Origin: Negativicutes bacterium
GTDB lineage: Bacteria; Bacillota; Negativicutes; UBA1444
Assembly (NCBI GenBank): GCA_963665275.2
Contig: CAXXIN010000014.1
Location: 32,001-96,000 of the forward strand
DNA: 64,000 bases
Direction of reading: 5' to 3'
The notes under the pieces were generated by a model, which saw only the letters and a list, made by a program, of their open reading frames with translations, was not told where the DNA came from and searched no databases. A program made the position numbers and the translations under genes. Shown here piece by piece: positions 10,096 to 19,767 of the stretch. Positions within the stretch are counted from its first letter, which is position 1; every line of letters begins with the position of its first letter.

Positions 10096-11079
10096 ATGAG
10101 TACTTCCCGCGTGAAACCGATGGTTGAGGGTGGAATTCTATCTGCCGTTGCCATTCTGTTTGCATTGATCAGCGTATACATTCCTTTTATCGGCGCCTTT
10201 GTCAATCTGATCTGGCCGGTTCCCATCATTCTTTTGGGTGTACGGCATGGTTACAAGTGGAGCCTAATGGCAACGGTTGTCGCCGGGATACTGATCGCCA
10301 TTCTGCTTCATCCGCTGCATGCAATCGGGGTGGCCGTTGGCTTCGGGTTAACCGGAATTGTTCTTGGTCATTGCTTTCGCAAGGGTTTTTCTCCAGTTAC
10401 CTCTGTTCTGTTGGGGGCGGTGGCCTCTCTGGTTTCAAAAATCATTGTTTTGTCCATTAGCGCGGTCGTTCTGAATATCAACCCATTGGCGGATCAATCC
10501 GAAGCGATGGCTAAGGCGGTAGATCAGGCGATCAACATATATCGAAATTTTGGCTTAAAAGAGGCGGAGCTTTCCCAAGTCTCAGAAAGTATGCACGGGA
10601 TGCTTTCGATGATGAAACTGATTCTTCCAGCTGGGTTTGCGATGGCCTCCGTGGTGGACACGTTTCTCAATTTTGTGGTTGCCAGAGCCGTGCTGCGGAA
10701 ACTAGGCCACAATATCGCTGCGTTTCCGGCATTTTCCGTTTGGACGCTGTCGCCGGCAATTCTGTATGCGTTCATTGTTTCGATGTTGTTAATCTACTGG
10801 GGTAAAAGCCGTGAGCTGGAAATGCTTGCAAACGCCGGACTTAACCTGCAAGTCGCCACTAGCATGCTGCTCATGCTTCAGGGGCTTTCGGTCGTCTTCT
10901 TTTATGCCGCAAAACATGGGTTGCCCAAGTTCCTCCGCTGGTTGTTTGTGACCCTCGTTTTCACCAATGGGTTTATTATGCAAGCCGTTGTGTTTCTCGG
11001 GGCATTTGAGATTGCGCTCGACATTCGTAAATTGCGTCGTCCCTTGCCGCCTCCAGAAAAAACTGATGCGGGAGAATAG
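10096..11079 (+). CDS. YybS/DUF2232 membrane protein
   Basis: Multi-TM protein in the conserved position between rpsR and gdpP. Confidence 0.85.
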   Translation: MSTSRVKPMVEGGILSAVAILFALISVYIPFIGAFVNLIWPVPIILLGVRHGYKWSLMATVVAGILIAILLHPLHAIGVAVGFGLTGIVLGHCFRKGFSPVTSVLLGAVASLVSKIIVLSISAVVLNINPLADQSEAMAKAVDQAINIYRNFGLKEAELSQVSESMHGMLSMMKLILPAGFAMASVVDTFLNFVVARAVLRKLGHNIAAFPAFSVWTLSPAILYAFIVSMLLIYWGKSRELEMLANAGLNLQVATSMLLMLQGLSVVFFYAAKHGLPKFLRWLFVTLVFTNGFIMQAVVFLGAFEIALDIRKLRRPLPPPEKTDAGE

Positions 11080-11082
11080 CTG

Positions 11083-12687
11083 ATGAACGAAAAAAGAAGT
11101 TATCGCCAGTCGCCGCCTTCATCCCAATTATTGCCGTCGCAAGCGCCGCTCGTTCAAGGTGAGGTCGCTCAACCCCGTTTCGGACCCGACGATTTGCCTG
11201 AACCCGGACCGGTTTGTTCCTCAGGGGACAAGGGCAGTGCCCTAAATGAGGCGGTTTTTGCCTTCATCCAGATTGACAACCTGGAGGATGTGCTTCAGGG
11301 GATGGATGAGAACCAACGAAATGCGCTGCAAACGGAAACTCACCAGCATTTGCTGACATGGTGCGGTCACCTGAATGGATTCCTCCGCAAGTATTCCGAA
11401 GATATGTACATGGCGATATTTTCTCGCCATGATTTGGACCAGATGATCAGCGAAAAATTCGACATTTTGGACGAAGTACGGGCTCTGAGGGTCGGCAATA
11501 AGTTGCCGGTTACTCTCAGCATGGGAGTCGCCGCCAGCGGGATGACTATGAGCGAACGGGGGCAAAAAGCGCAGACCGGCCTTGATTTGGCCCTTGGTCG
11601 CGGCGGCGATCAGGCGGCGGTGTATGTCAACGACGAGGTCCAGTTCTACGGAGGCAAAGCCAAAGTAATGGAAAAAAATACTCGAGTGAAAGCTCGAGTT
11701 GTCGCTCATGCGATTCGGGAACTCATGCAGGAAGCCACAGACGTAATGATCATGGGACATGAGGGAGAAGATTTCGACTGCCTCGGCTCGGCGATGGGAG
11801 TAGCCCGTATGGCTGCTCACTTAGGGAAAACAGTGAATATCGTTGTGGGCGTGGTGGCCATGTCCTTCGAGAAATTGCAGGAATTACTGCCGGACTATGC
11901 TGAATACGGCGGGTTGTTTTTGACAGCAGAGCAGGCACTGCAACGGGTTACGCCAAAGACATTGCTGTTTGTAGTGGATACGCACCGCGTTTTTTTGACA
12001 GCAGCGCCAAGGCTGCTTGACATCGTTGACCGCAGGGTGGTCATTGATCACCACCGCCGATCAGAAGATTTTATCCCGTCTCCAATGATTGTTTATCTGG
12101 AGCCGTCTGCGTCTTCGACCAGTGAGCTGGTGACGGAGTTGCTGACGTATTTCGATGAAAAGATTGAACTTACCCGGTTGGAGGCGTCGGCGCTGTTTGC
12201 CGGCATTGTAGTGGATACGAAAAACTTCGCCGTTCAGACCGGGGTGAGGACCTTTGAGGCGGCAGCCTATCTTCGTCGCTCTGGTGCAGATCCGGCAATC
12301 GTGCGACATCTGTTCATGGTCGACATGGAAACTTTGAAGCTTCGTGCTGCTATCTTGGCAGAGTCGCAGAGCCTTTCAGGCGGAGCGGTCATCGCAGTCT
12401 GCCCTTCCGAAGTAAAGAATGGCCAGATTATTTCCGCTCAGGCAGCTGATACGATGTTGACGATAGAAGGCATCAGAGCCAGCTTTGTTCTGTGTCCCTC
12501 CGAGGGCGGTGTTGGAATCAGCGCGCGCTCCAATGGAGATGTCAATGTTCAGGTGATCATGGAAGCTTTTGGTGGCGGCGGACATCAAACAGTGGCCGGC
12601 GCATATATTGACGGCGTAGATCTTGCTGAAGCCCGTAAGCGATTGGAAGCGGTTATTGCTGACTATATTGGAGAGGAGAATGAATAA
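11083..12687 (+). CDS. GdpP-like DHH/DHHA1 phosphodiesterase with degenerate GGDEF
   Basis: RGGDQ, GH...DFD, IDHH, GGGGH motifs; yybS-X-rplI synteny. Confidence 0.85.
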   Translation: MNEKRSYRQSPPSSQLLPSQAPLVQGEVAQPRFGPDDLPEPGPVCSSGDKGSALNEAVFAFIQIDNLEDVLQGMDENQRNALQTETHQHLLTWCGHLNGFLRKYSEDMYMAIFSRHDLDQMISEKFDILDEVRALRVGNKLPVTLSMGVAASGMTMSERGQKAQTGLDLALGRGGDQAAVYVNDEVQFYGGKAKVMEKNTRVKARVVAHAIRELMQEATDVMIMGHEGEDFDCLGSAMGVARMAAHLGKTVNIVVGVVAMSFEKLQELLPDYAEYGGLFLTAEQALQRVTPKTLLFVVDTHRVFLTAAPRLLDIVDRRVVIDHHRRSEDFIPSPMIVYLEPSASSTSELVTELLTYFDEKIELTRLEASALFAGIVVDTKNFAVQTGVRTFEAAAYLRRSGADPAIVRHLFMVDMETLKLRAAILAESQSLSGGAVIAVCPSEVKNGQIISAQAADTMLTIEGIRASFVLCPSEGGVGISARSNGDVNVQVIMEAFGGGGHQTVAGAYIDGVDLAEARKRLEAVIADYIGEENE

Positions 12688-12689
12688 CG

Positions 12690-13136
12690 ATGAAAGTGAT
12701 TTTACTGCAGGAAGTTAAGAAACTCGGCAAAAAGGGAGACGTATTGGAGGTTGCCGAAGGATATGCGCGCAATTTCTTGCTACCTCGCAAGCTGGCAGCC
12801 CAAGCGACCCCGGATACAATGAATCAAATGCAGCAACAAAAAAATGCAACTGCAGACCGCCAGAAACGCCAGCTGGAAGAGGCTCGGCTCATGGCCGCTC
12901 AACTCGGCCAAATTGAAGTAAAAGTGAAGGCAAAAGCAGGCGAAGGTGGAAAATTGTTTGGTGCTGTAACCACAAAAGATATTGCAGATGCAGCGAAACT
13001 CCAGCATGGGCTCGAACTTGACCGGCGGAAGATGGAAATTACTGAGCCGATAAAAAATTTGGGACCGTCTTCTGTTGTCATGAAAATACATCCAGAAGTG
13101 ACAGCGGAAATCAAAGTCCAAGTGATTGGAGAATAA
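12690..13136 (+). CDS. rplI: 50S ribosomal protein L9
   Basis: MKVILLQEVKKLGKKG..V..GYARNFL, KLFGAVT. Confidence 0.97.
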   Translation: MKVILLQEVKKLGKKGDVLEVAEGYARNFLLPRKLAAQATPDTMNQMQQQKNATADRQKRQLEEARLMAAQLGQIEVKVKAKAGEGGKLFGAVTTKDIADAAKLQHGLELDRRKMEITEPIKNLGPSSVVMKIHPEVTAEIKVQVIGE

Positions 13137-13137
13137 C

Positions 13138-15153
13138 GTGGTTCGAAAAAAAGACGTTTCCGATACGGAAACCAAACCGGAACCAAAACTGGAACCTAAA
13201 ACTCGCAGAGCGCGAAAAACAAGAAAAATCGTGTATGGCGCATCGATGTCTGAAGAAGAAATGCGCAAATTTACGGAAGAGGTTCTAGAAGCACACGCAG
13301 TTTTCAATATGTGCGCAAGTGTATGGGGGCCGGAAAAAGTTGTCCTGCGGGCCAGTAAGTTTGGCGCGCTTGAACTCATGCAATCTCCTGAACTTGCAGA
13401 CCGGGTTTTGGCTTTGCAACGTATGGTAATGGAAGATCTTACTCTTGAGGATCGGCCGACACTGGAAGAAATACCGCATGTGTTGGAAGATGTCATGAAT
13501 GAGATGGCTGATCAGATCGCCAGGCGCTCGGTGGAAGAAAATATTGAAAAGAAGATCTCGCAGAAGATGGAAGACCGCCATCAAGAGTTCGTTCAAGAGA
13601 TCCGAATGCAGATTCTCAAGGAAGAATCTGGTGTGGAAACCCCGCAGAGCCAGAAAAAACTTGAGAAGCTTAATTTGCTGGAAGAAAAGAGCTTGACCAA
13701 ATCCATGAATGAGATTCTCCGCCCGGCGACGCTGGACGAGATTGTCGGCCAGGAGAGAGCTGTAGAGGTTCTGCGCTCCAAGCTGGCCTCGCCCTATCCG
13801 CAGCATCTTATTCTCTACGGACCGCCCGGGGTGGGCAAAACCACAGCAGCCCGACTGGTGCTGGAGGAAGCTAAGAAGCTTCCCTATACTCCATTCGCTC
13901 AGGATGCGGCTTTTATCGAAGTGGACGGTAGTACGCTTCGTTGGGATCCCCGTGATATAACCAACCCATTACTGGGATCGGTTCATGACCCCATTTATCA
14001 AGGCGCACGGCGCGACTTGGCGGAGACGGCAGTGCCAGAGCCGAAACCTGGATTGGTGACCGATGCGCATGGGGGAATTCTATTCATTGATGAGATTGGT
14101 GAGATGGACCCAATGCTGCTCAACAAACTGTTGAAGGTATTGGAAGACAAACGTGTGTTTTTCGAGTCCGCCTACTATGACGAAACCGACCCGAACGTGC
14201 CGGAATATATCAAGAAGCTTTTCAAAGGCGGTGCGCCTGCCGACTTTGTGCTTATCGGCGCTACCACGCGGGATGCCGGCGAACTGAATCCGGCGCTACG
14301 ATCCCGTTGCGCCGAAGTGTATTTCGAACCGTTGACGCCCAAACAGATAGAGGTGATCGTGACCAATGCCGCCACGAAACTGAAAGTAAGCATGGATGAA
14401 ACTGTGCCGATGCTGATCAGTGAATATACTGTGGAAGGCCGTAAGGCAGTTAGTTTGTTAGCGGACTCCTACAGTTTGGCGTTGTATCGTCGCGGCAAAG
14501 GGCGTAGAAATATCCAAAAAATCAAACGGGATGACGTATTCCGCGTTCTGCAGGTGAGTCGGATGACTCCATACGTCAACCGTAAGGCATCAACGGAGTG
14601 GGAAACCGGCAAGATCTTCGGACTGGGTGTTTCTGGCTATCTCGGCTCAGTGATTGAGATCGAAGCTGTTTGCTTCCCGGCTGCGCAAAAAGGTAAGGGC
14701 GTTATCCGCTTTAACGATACGGCGGGCAGTATGGCGAAAGACTCGGTGTTCAATGCAGCGGCGCTGGTGCGTCAGATTACGGGTCGTGATCTAGCGAAAT
14801 ATGATATTCATGTCAACGTCATCGGCGGCGGTCAAATTGATGGGCCTTCAGCAGGTCTTGCGATTCTCAGCGTTTTGATCTCGGTCATCACCGGACAACC
14901 GCTGCGCCAGGACGTTGCCGTGACAGGCGAAATCTCGATCCGAGGCAAATTGAAAGCGGTGGGAGGGGTCTTTGAAAAGGCATACGGTGCTAAACAGGCA
15001 GGCGTGAGTCTCATGATTATCCCTAAGGAAAATGAAAAAGACATCCCTGCAGATCATCTGGGCTTGAAAGTTCAACCGTTGGAAAGTGTGGAAGACGCAC
15101 TGAAAATGTTATTTGGGAAAGAGGTCAAAGGAGAGGGCTGTAATGCTGGATAG
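13138..15153 (+). CDS. lonC: Lon-family ATP-dependent protease (LonC type)
   Basis: GPPGVGKT, LFIDEIG, DGPSAG catalytic Ser, GGVFEK. Confidence 0.9.
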   Translation: MVRKKDVSDTETKPEPKLEPKTRRARKTRKIVYGASMSEEEMRKFTEEVLEAHAVFNMCASVWGPEKVVLRASKFGALELMQSPELADRVLALQRMVMEDLTLEDRPTLEEIPHVLEDVMNEMADQIARRSVEENIEKKISQKMEDRHQEFVQEIRMQILKEESGVETPQSQKKLEKLNLLEEKSLTKSMNEILRPATLDEIVGQERAVEVLRSKLASPYPQHLILYGPPGVGKTTAARLVLEEAKKLPYTPFAQDAAFIEVDGSTLRWDPRDITNPLLGSVHDPIYQGARRDLAETAVPEPKPGLVTDAHGGILFIDEIGEMDPMLLNKLLKVLEDKRVFFESAYYDETDPNVPEYIKKLFKGGAPADFVLIGATTRDAGELNPALRSRCAEVYFEPLTPKQIEVIVTNAATKLKVSMDETVPMLISEYTVEGRKAVSLLADSYSLALYRRGKGRRNIQKIKRDDVFRVLQVSRMTPYVNRKASTEWETGKIFGLGVSGYLGSVIEIEAVCFPAAQKGKGVIRFNDTAGSMAKDSVFNAAALVRQITGRDLAKYDIHVNVIGGGQIDGPSAGLAILSVLISVITGQPLRQDVAVTGEISIRGKLKAVGGVFEKAYGAKQAGVSLMIIPKENEKDIPADHLGLKVQPLESVEDALKMLFGKEVKGEGCNAG

Positions 15154-16474
15154 GGTGCCGCCGCAGAACATCGAGGCCGAACAATCCGTTCTTGGCGCAT
15201 TGCTGATCGAGCAGAGCTCAATCGCCAAAATATCGGATGTGTTGCAGCCCGAGGACTTTTACAGGGAAGCCCACCGGCTGATTTATCGCGCAGCAATGTT
15301 GTTGTTCGAACGTGGTGAGGCGATTGACTTCATTACGGTAACAGACATTCTTCGCAAAGAAGGTACGCTGGAACAGGCTGGCGGTATTTCGTACATTACC
15401 TCTCTGGCCAACGGAGTTCCAACTGCGGCCAACATTACCTATCATGCCAAGATTGTGCAGGAAAAAAGCCTGTTGAGGCGTCTCATCAACGCGGCTACGG
15501 ACATCGCTTCTCTGGGTTACGCCGAATCGGAGGAAGTCGAACGGATTTTGGACCAGTCCGAGCAAAAAATCCTCGAAGTGGCCACTCGCAAGAGCGGTCA
15601 GGAGTATCAACCCATCAAAGAAATTATTTTCAGCACCCTGGATAAAATTGACGAGATGCACAAGGCCAAGGGCGGCATAACAGGGATACCTACCGGATTT
15701 GCTAACCTTGACAAGCTTACGGGCGGTTTTCAACGTTCCGATCTGATCCTCATCGCTGCCCGCCCGAGTATGGGGAAAACGGCGTTTGTGCTTAACGTGG
15801 CCCAATACATGGCGACCCGCGACAAAAAGTCCGTGGCGATCTTCAGCCTGGAAATGCCGAAAGAGCAGCTTGCTATGCGTATGATGTGCGCCGAAGGCCT
15901 GATCGACAGCCAGCGATTTCGTACGGGCGCCATGAGCAACGAAGAATGGGCGAAACTCGTGGATGCAGCCGATCGCTTGTCGGGTTCTCCCATGTTTATC
16001 GATGACACAGCAAACGTTACTGCCATAGAACTCCGCAATAAGGCTCGCCGAATCAGCAAAGAGCACGGGCTAGATTGTATCATCATCGACTATCTGCAAC
16101 TGATGGACGGCGGCGCGCATAGTCGCATCGACAACCGTCAACAGCAAATTTCGGACATATCCCGTTCGCTGAAAGCTCTGGCTCGTGAATTGCGTGTTCC
16201 GGTCATCGCGCTATCGCAACTTAGCCGCGGACCGGAAAGTCGAACTTCGCGACGACCCATGCTAAGCGATCTCCGTGAATCGGGATCGCTAGAGCAAGAT
16301 GCCGACCTGGTCGCCTTTTTGTATCGCGATGATTACTATAACCCTGAATCAGAAAAGAAAAACATTACTGAGCTTATCATTTCCAAGAACCGTAACGGCC
16401 CAACAGAGACTGTTGAGCTATATTTCCACAAGAGTTTTACCCGGTTTACAGACTATACGCCACGCCAAGAATAG
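15143..16474 (+). CDS. dnaB: Replicative DNA helicase
   Basis: PPQNIEAEQSVLG, AARPSMGKT, IDYLQL, DLRESGSLEQDAD. Confidence 0.97.
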   Translation: MLDRVPPQNIEAEQSVLGALLIEQSSIAKISDVLQPEDFYREAHRLIYRAAMLLFERGEAIDFITVTDILRKEGTLEQAGGISYITSLANGVPTAANITYHAKIVQEKSLLRRLINAATDIASLGYAESEEVERILDQSEQKILEVATRKSGQEYQPIKEIIFSTLDKIDEMHKAKGGITGIPTGFANLDKLTGGFQRSDLILIAARPSMGKTAFVLNVAQYMATRDKKSVAIFSLEMPKEQLAMRMMCAEGLIDSQRFRTGAMSNEEWAKLVDAADRLSGSPMFIDDTANVTAIELRNKARRISKEHGLDCIIIDYLQLMDGGAHSRIDNRQQQISDISRSLKALARELRVPVIALSQLSRGPESRTSRRPMLSDLRESGSLEQDADLVAFLYRDDYYNPESEKKNITELIISKNRNGPTETVELYFHKSFTRFTDYTPRQE

Positions 16475-16546
16475 CCGAACGATTTAATGAAAATCTTCGA
16501 TATTATTCGGATATTTATTGACAGGCAACGATACAACGGGTAATAT
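16470..16546 (+). promoter_or_regulatory. Promoter with possible paired PurR boxes
   Basis: ATAGCCGAACGATT and inverted TATTATTCGG upstream of TTGACA..17..TAATAT; resembles B. subtilis CGAA-type PurBoxes; operon ends in purA. Confidence 0.45.
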
Positions 16547-16627
16547 TAAGAGGGACAAAACGCAGATTTTGTCTTTCTTTTTGTGAAAAACAACTGGACC
16601 TGCGAAGAATATCGGGAGTGGATACGT

Positions 16628-18031
16628 GTGAAAGAGTTTGACGTTATTATCATCGGCACCGGCCCCGCCGGCATCTTTGCTGCTTTGGAAATGGCGGACT
16701 CGGGCCTGAAGGTGCTTATGCTTGAAAAAGGCAGGGATATTTCAGCTCGGGCATGTCCAATTCACACAAAGGGGACAAAATGCGTCCATTGCAAGCCCTG
16801 TGGCATTCTGTGCGGTTGGGGTGGGGCGGGAGCCTACAGTGACGGAAAGTTGACTCTCACGACCGAATTCGGCGGCATGCTGGATCTTTATATGGACAAG
16901 CCCGCCCTGATGGATCTGATAGATTATGTGGACGGCATTTATCTCAAATTCGGCGCGACACAAACCGTATATGGCGACGATAACAAAGAAGCCGTTCGCA
17001 AAATTCAGAAGGATGCGGCATCGGCCGATCTTTCATTGATCCCTGCCCGCATACGTCATTTGGGAACTGATAAATGTCTGGAGATCCTCACGCTGATGCG
17101 AGACCATCTGGAGGATAAGTGCACAATCCGAACGAGTGACGGCGTTTCAAGGATCCTCGTAGAGAATGGATGTTACGTTGGCGTTGAGACTACCCGAGGT
17201 GAAAGTTTCTACAGCAAATATCTGATTGCGGCTCCTGGCCGTGAAGGTGCGGAATGGTTCACTGGTCAGGTCGGACAGATGGGGCTGGAGCTGATCACCA
17301 ACCCGGTCGATATTGGAGTAAGGGTAGAAGTGCCGGCGGTTGTGATGGAGCAGATCACCGACGTTGTGTATGAATCAAAACTGGTATATTATACGAAATC
17401 TTTCGACGACCGGGTGCGAACATTCTGCATGAACCCTTATGGTGTGGTGGTCGCGGAGAACAATGCAGGTCTCATTACCGTCAACGGACATAGTAACGCA
17501 GAAAAATCCTCCGAAAACACCAATTTTGCGATCTTGGTTTCCAAGAGTTTTACGGAGCCGTTTAAGGAACCAATCACTTATGGAAAATCCATTGCGAAGC
17601 TGGCCAACTTGCTTAGCGGCGGAGTCATCGTCCAACGCCTCGGCGACCTGAAGGCCGGACGCAGGTCCACGGAAGAACGCATTGGACGTGGCATGGTGAC
17701 GCCAACAATGAAAGAAGCGACGCCCGGCGACCTAAGCCTGGTGCTGCCGTACCGGCATCTGATCGCCATTATTGAGATGCTCGAAGCTCTTGACAAGGTT
17801 GCTCCGGGTGTCGGTTCGCGGCATACCCTGCTATATGGAGTTGAGGTTAAATTTTACTCTTCTCGACTGCACCTGAGCAATGTGTTGGAAACAAAGATAC
17901 TCAATTTTTTCGCAGTCGGCGATGGGGCCGGAGTGACAAGGGGGTTGGCGCAAGCCTCGGTTTCCGGCGTGATTGTTGCCCGGGAAATAAAAAAACGTGA
18001 ACACTGCAATGGCGGGCTGACCCATGATTGA
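16628..18031 (+). CDS. NAD(P)/FAD-dependent oxidoreductase (uncharacterised family)
   Basis: IIGTGPAG, GGAGAYSDGKL, RTFCMNP, GDGAG. Confidence 0.85.
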   Translation: MKEFDVIIIGTGPAGIFAALEMADSGLKVLMLEKGRDISARACPIHTKGTKCVHCKPCGILCGWGGAGAYSDGKLTLTTEFGGMLDLYMDKPALMDLIDYVDGIYLKFGATQTVYGDDNKEAVRKIQKDAASADLSLIPARIRHLGTDKCLEILTLMRDHLEDKCTIRTSDGVSRILVENGCYVGVETTRGESFYSKYLIAAPGREGAEWFTGQVGQMGLELITNPVDIGVRVEVPAVVMEQITDVVYESKLVYYTKSFDDRVRTFCMNPYGVVVAENNAGLITVNGHSNAEKSSENTNFAILVSKSFTEPFKEPITYGKSIAKLANLLSGGVIVQRLGDLKAGRRSTEERIGRGMVTPTMKEATPGDLSLVLPYRHLIAIIEMLEALDKVAPGVGSRHTLLYGVEVKFYSSRLHLSNVLETKILNFFAVGDGAGVTRGLAQASVSGVIVAREIKKREHCNGGLTHD

Positions 18032-18042
18032 CAGTCACCAAG

Positions 18043-18180
18043 ATGCACAAGTGCAATTCGACGACCCGACGCGCTGACGTCAAAACCAATGCAAAAAAAG
18101 ATGCGGACATCGGCTTCTGCTTTGAAGCCGAATATCCGCTAAGGCATATTGATAAGATCATGGCCAGATTCGGCCTATAA
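18043..18180 (+). pseudogene. purB: Remnant of adenylosuccinate lyase C-terminus
   Basis: 45-aa frame ending DIGFCFEAEYPLRHIDKIMARFGL*, resembling firmicute PurB C-termini; directly upstream of purA. Confidence 0.6.
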
Positions 18181-18196
18181 GAAAGTAGGTGTAGCA

Positions 18197-19480
18197 ATGT
18201 CATCAGTTGTCGTAATGGGAACTCAGTGGGGTGACGAAGGCAAAGGGAAAATCGTCGACCATTTGGCGGAACAGGCGCAAGTCGTCGTTCGTTACCAGGG
18301 AGGAAATAACGCCGGACACACCGTCGTAGTCAAAGGAGTGGAATCCAAACTCAACCTGTTGCCCTCCGGTGTTCTGTATCCGGGAAAAACCTGCATCATC
18401 GGCAACGGAGTTGTCGTTGATCCGGCCCACCTTCTGAAAGAAATCAACGCGATGAAAGCCAGAGGCATCAACCTGGCTGGACTTCAGATTTCCAACCGGG
18501 CTCAAGTCATTTTGCCTTACCATCGAATGATGGATGAAGCAGACGAAGAGTCGCGGGGTGACGCAAAGATCGGTACTACGAAACGGGGCATCGGGCCTTG
18601 CTATGTTGATAAGAACAGCCGCGTCGGCATTCGCATCGTTGACTTGATGGATTCAGAAGAATTCGCACTGCGTCTGAAGCATAATTTGATTCTCAAGAAC
18701 CGAATTCTATCTGAAATCTACGGCAAACAGCCGCTGGACTATGAGTCGGTTTTAGCGGAATATCTGGGCTATGCTGATCAGCTTCGCCCCTATGTCGCTG
18801 ATACAATCTTCACGTTGCACGAAGCGCTGAAGCGTGGCGAAAAAATCCTTTACGAAGGCGCTCAGGCCACGATGCTCGACCTAGACTACGGAACTTATCC
18901 ATACGTTACCTCGTCACACCCAATCGCAGGTGGCGTATGCATCGGTGCGGGCGTAGGCCCCAGCACCCTTGACAAAGTGATTGGCGTTGTGAAGGCATAT
19001 ACTACGCGAGTAGGCGAAGGCCCGTTCGTTACGGAGCTGCATGAGGAAACCGGCAACCTGATCCGCGAACGCGGGCATGAGTATGGCACGACGACGGGTC
19101 GCCCTCGTCGTACCGGCTGGCTTGATACCGTGGTCGTTAAATATGCCTGTCAGCTTAGTTCGATCGATTGCCTGGCCATCACTCGTCTGGATATCTTAGA
19201 TACACTGCCCAAACTGAAAATTTGCACGGGTTATCTGTACAAAGGCAAGCCCTTGAATGAATACCCGGCCAGCCTCAAGGTGCTCGGTGAAGTGGAACCG
19301 GTCTATGAGGACCTTCCCGGCTGGCAGGCCGATATTACCGGTATTCGTCGCTATGAAGACCTGCCTCTTAATGCCCGTCGCTACGTCGAACGTCTGAGCG
19401 AACTTTCGGGGGCACGGCTGGGGATCGTGTCTGTTGGACCTGACCGCGAGCAGACTATCGTGCTCGAATCCATGTTTTAA
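18197..19480 (+). CDS. purA: Adenylosuccinate synthetase
   Basis: QWGDEGKGK, GGNNAGHT, GTYPYVTSS, EYGTTTGRPRR. Confidence 0.98.
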   Translation: MSSVVVMGTQWGDEGKGKIVDHLAEQAQVVVRYQGGNNAGHTVVVKGVESKLNLLPSGVLYPGKTCIIGNGVVVDPAHLLKEINAMKARGINLAGLQISNRAQVILPYHRMMDEADEESRGDAKIGTTKRGIGPCYVDKNSRVGIRIVDLMDSEEFALRLKHNLILKNRILSEIYGKQPLDYESVLAEYLGYADQLRPYVADTIFTLHEALKRGEKILYEGAQATMLDLDYGTYPYVTSSHPIAGGVCIGAGVGPSTLDKVIGVVKAYTTRVGEGPFVTELHEETGNLIRERGHEYGTTTGRPRRTGWLDTVVVKYACQLSSIDCLAITRLDILDTLPKLKICTGYLYKGKPLNEYPASLKVLGEVEPVYEDLPGWQADITGIRRYEDLPLNARRYVERLSELSGARLGIVSVGPDREQTIVLESMF

Positions 19481-19492
19481 TCAGGCATTGGC

Positions 19493-19521
19493 TTGACATC
19501 TACCCCGACTAGGGCTATAAT
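19493..19521 (+). promoter_or_regulatory. tRNA promoter
   Basis: TTGACA, 17 nt, TATAAT. Confidence 0.8.
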
Positions 19522-19538
19522 TCAAAATTGTGATATGA

Positions 19539-19614
19539 GACTCACTAGCTCAATTGGTAGAGCATCTGACTCTTAATCAGAGGGTTCCGGGTTCGAGTCC
19601 CGGGTGGGTCACCA
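19539..19614 (+). tRNA. tRNA-Lys(CTT)
   Basis: 76-nt cloverleaf GACTCAC..GTGGGTC-A-CCA; anticodon arm TCTGA-CT-CTT-AA-TCAGA; TTCGA T-loop. Confidence 0.95.
19570..19614 (+). repeat. att core, left copy
   Basis: CTCTTAATCAGAGGGTTCCGGGTTCGAGTCCCGGGTGGGTCACCA, identical to 51335-51379. Confidence 0.95.
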
Positions 19615-19624
19615 AAACAAAATC

Positions 19625-19660
19625 AATGGCTCCGGCGATTTTTGCCGGAGCCATTTTTAT
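19625..19660 (+). terminator. Element-supplied tRNA terminator
   Basis: AATGGCTCCGGC...GCCGGAGCCATT plus T run. Confidence 0.8.
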
Positions 19661-19665
19661 GCCCA

Positions 19666-19689
19666 TTTCTAAAAGTCTTCTAAAAATCG
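19666..19689 (+). repeat. Putative integrase arm-type site (left)
   Basis: TTTCTAAAAGTCTTCTAAAAATCG, identical at 51219-51242. Confidence 0.7.
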
Positions 19690-19767
19690 TAGTTGTGTTT
19701 TGCAAGAATGTTGTTTTTTCGGGGTGTTTGACGGGGTTGAGTTGTGAAGATGCTTTCATTATGGGGC

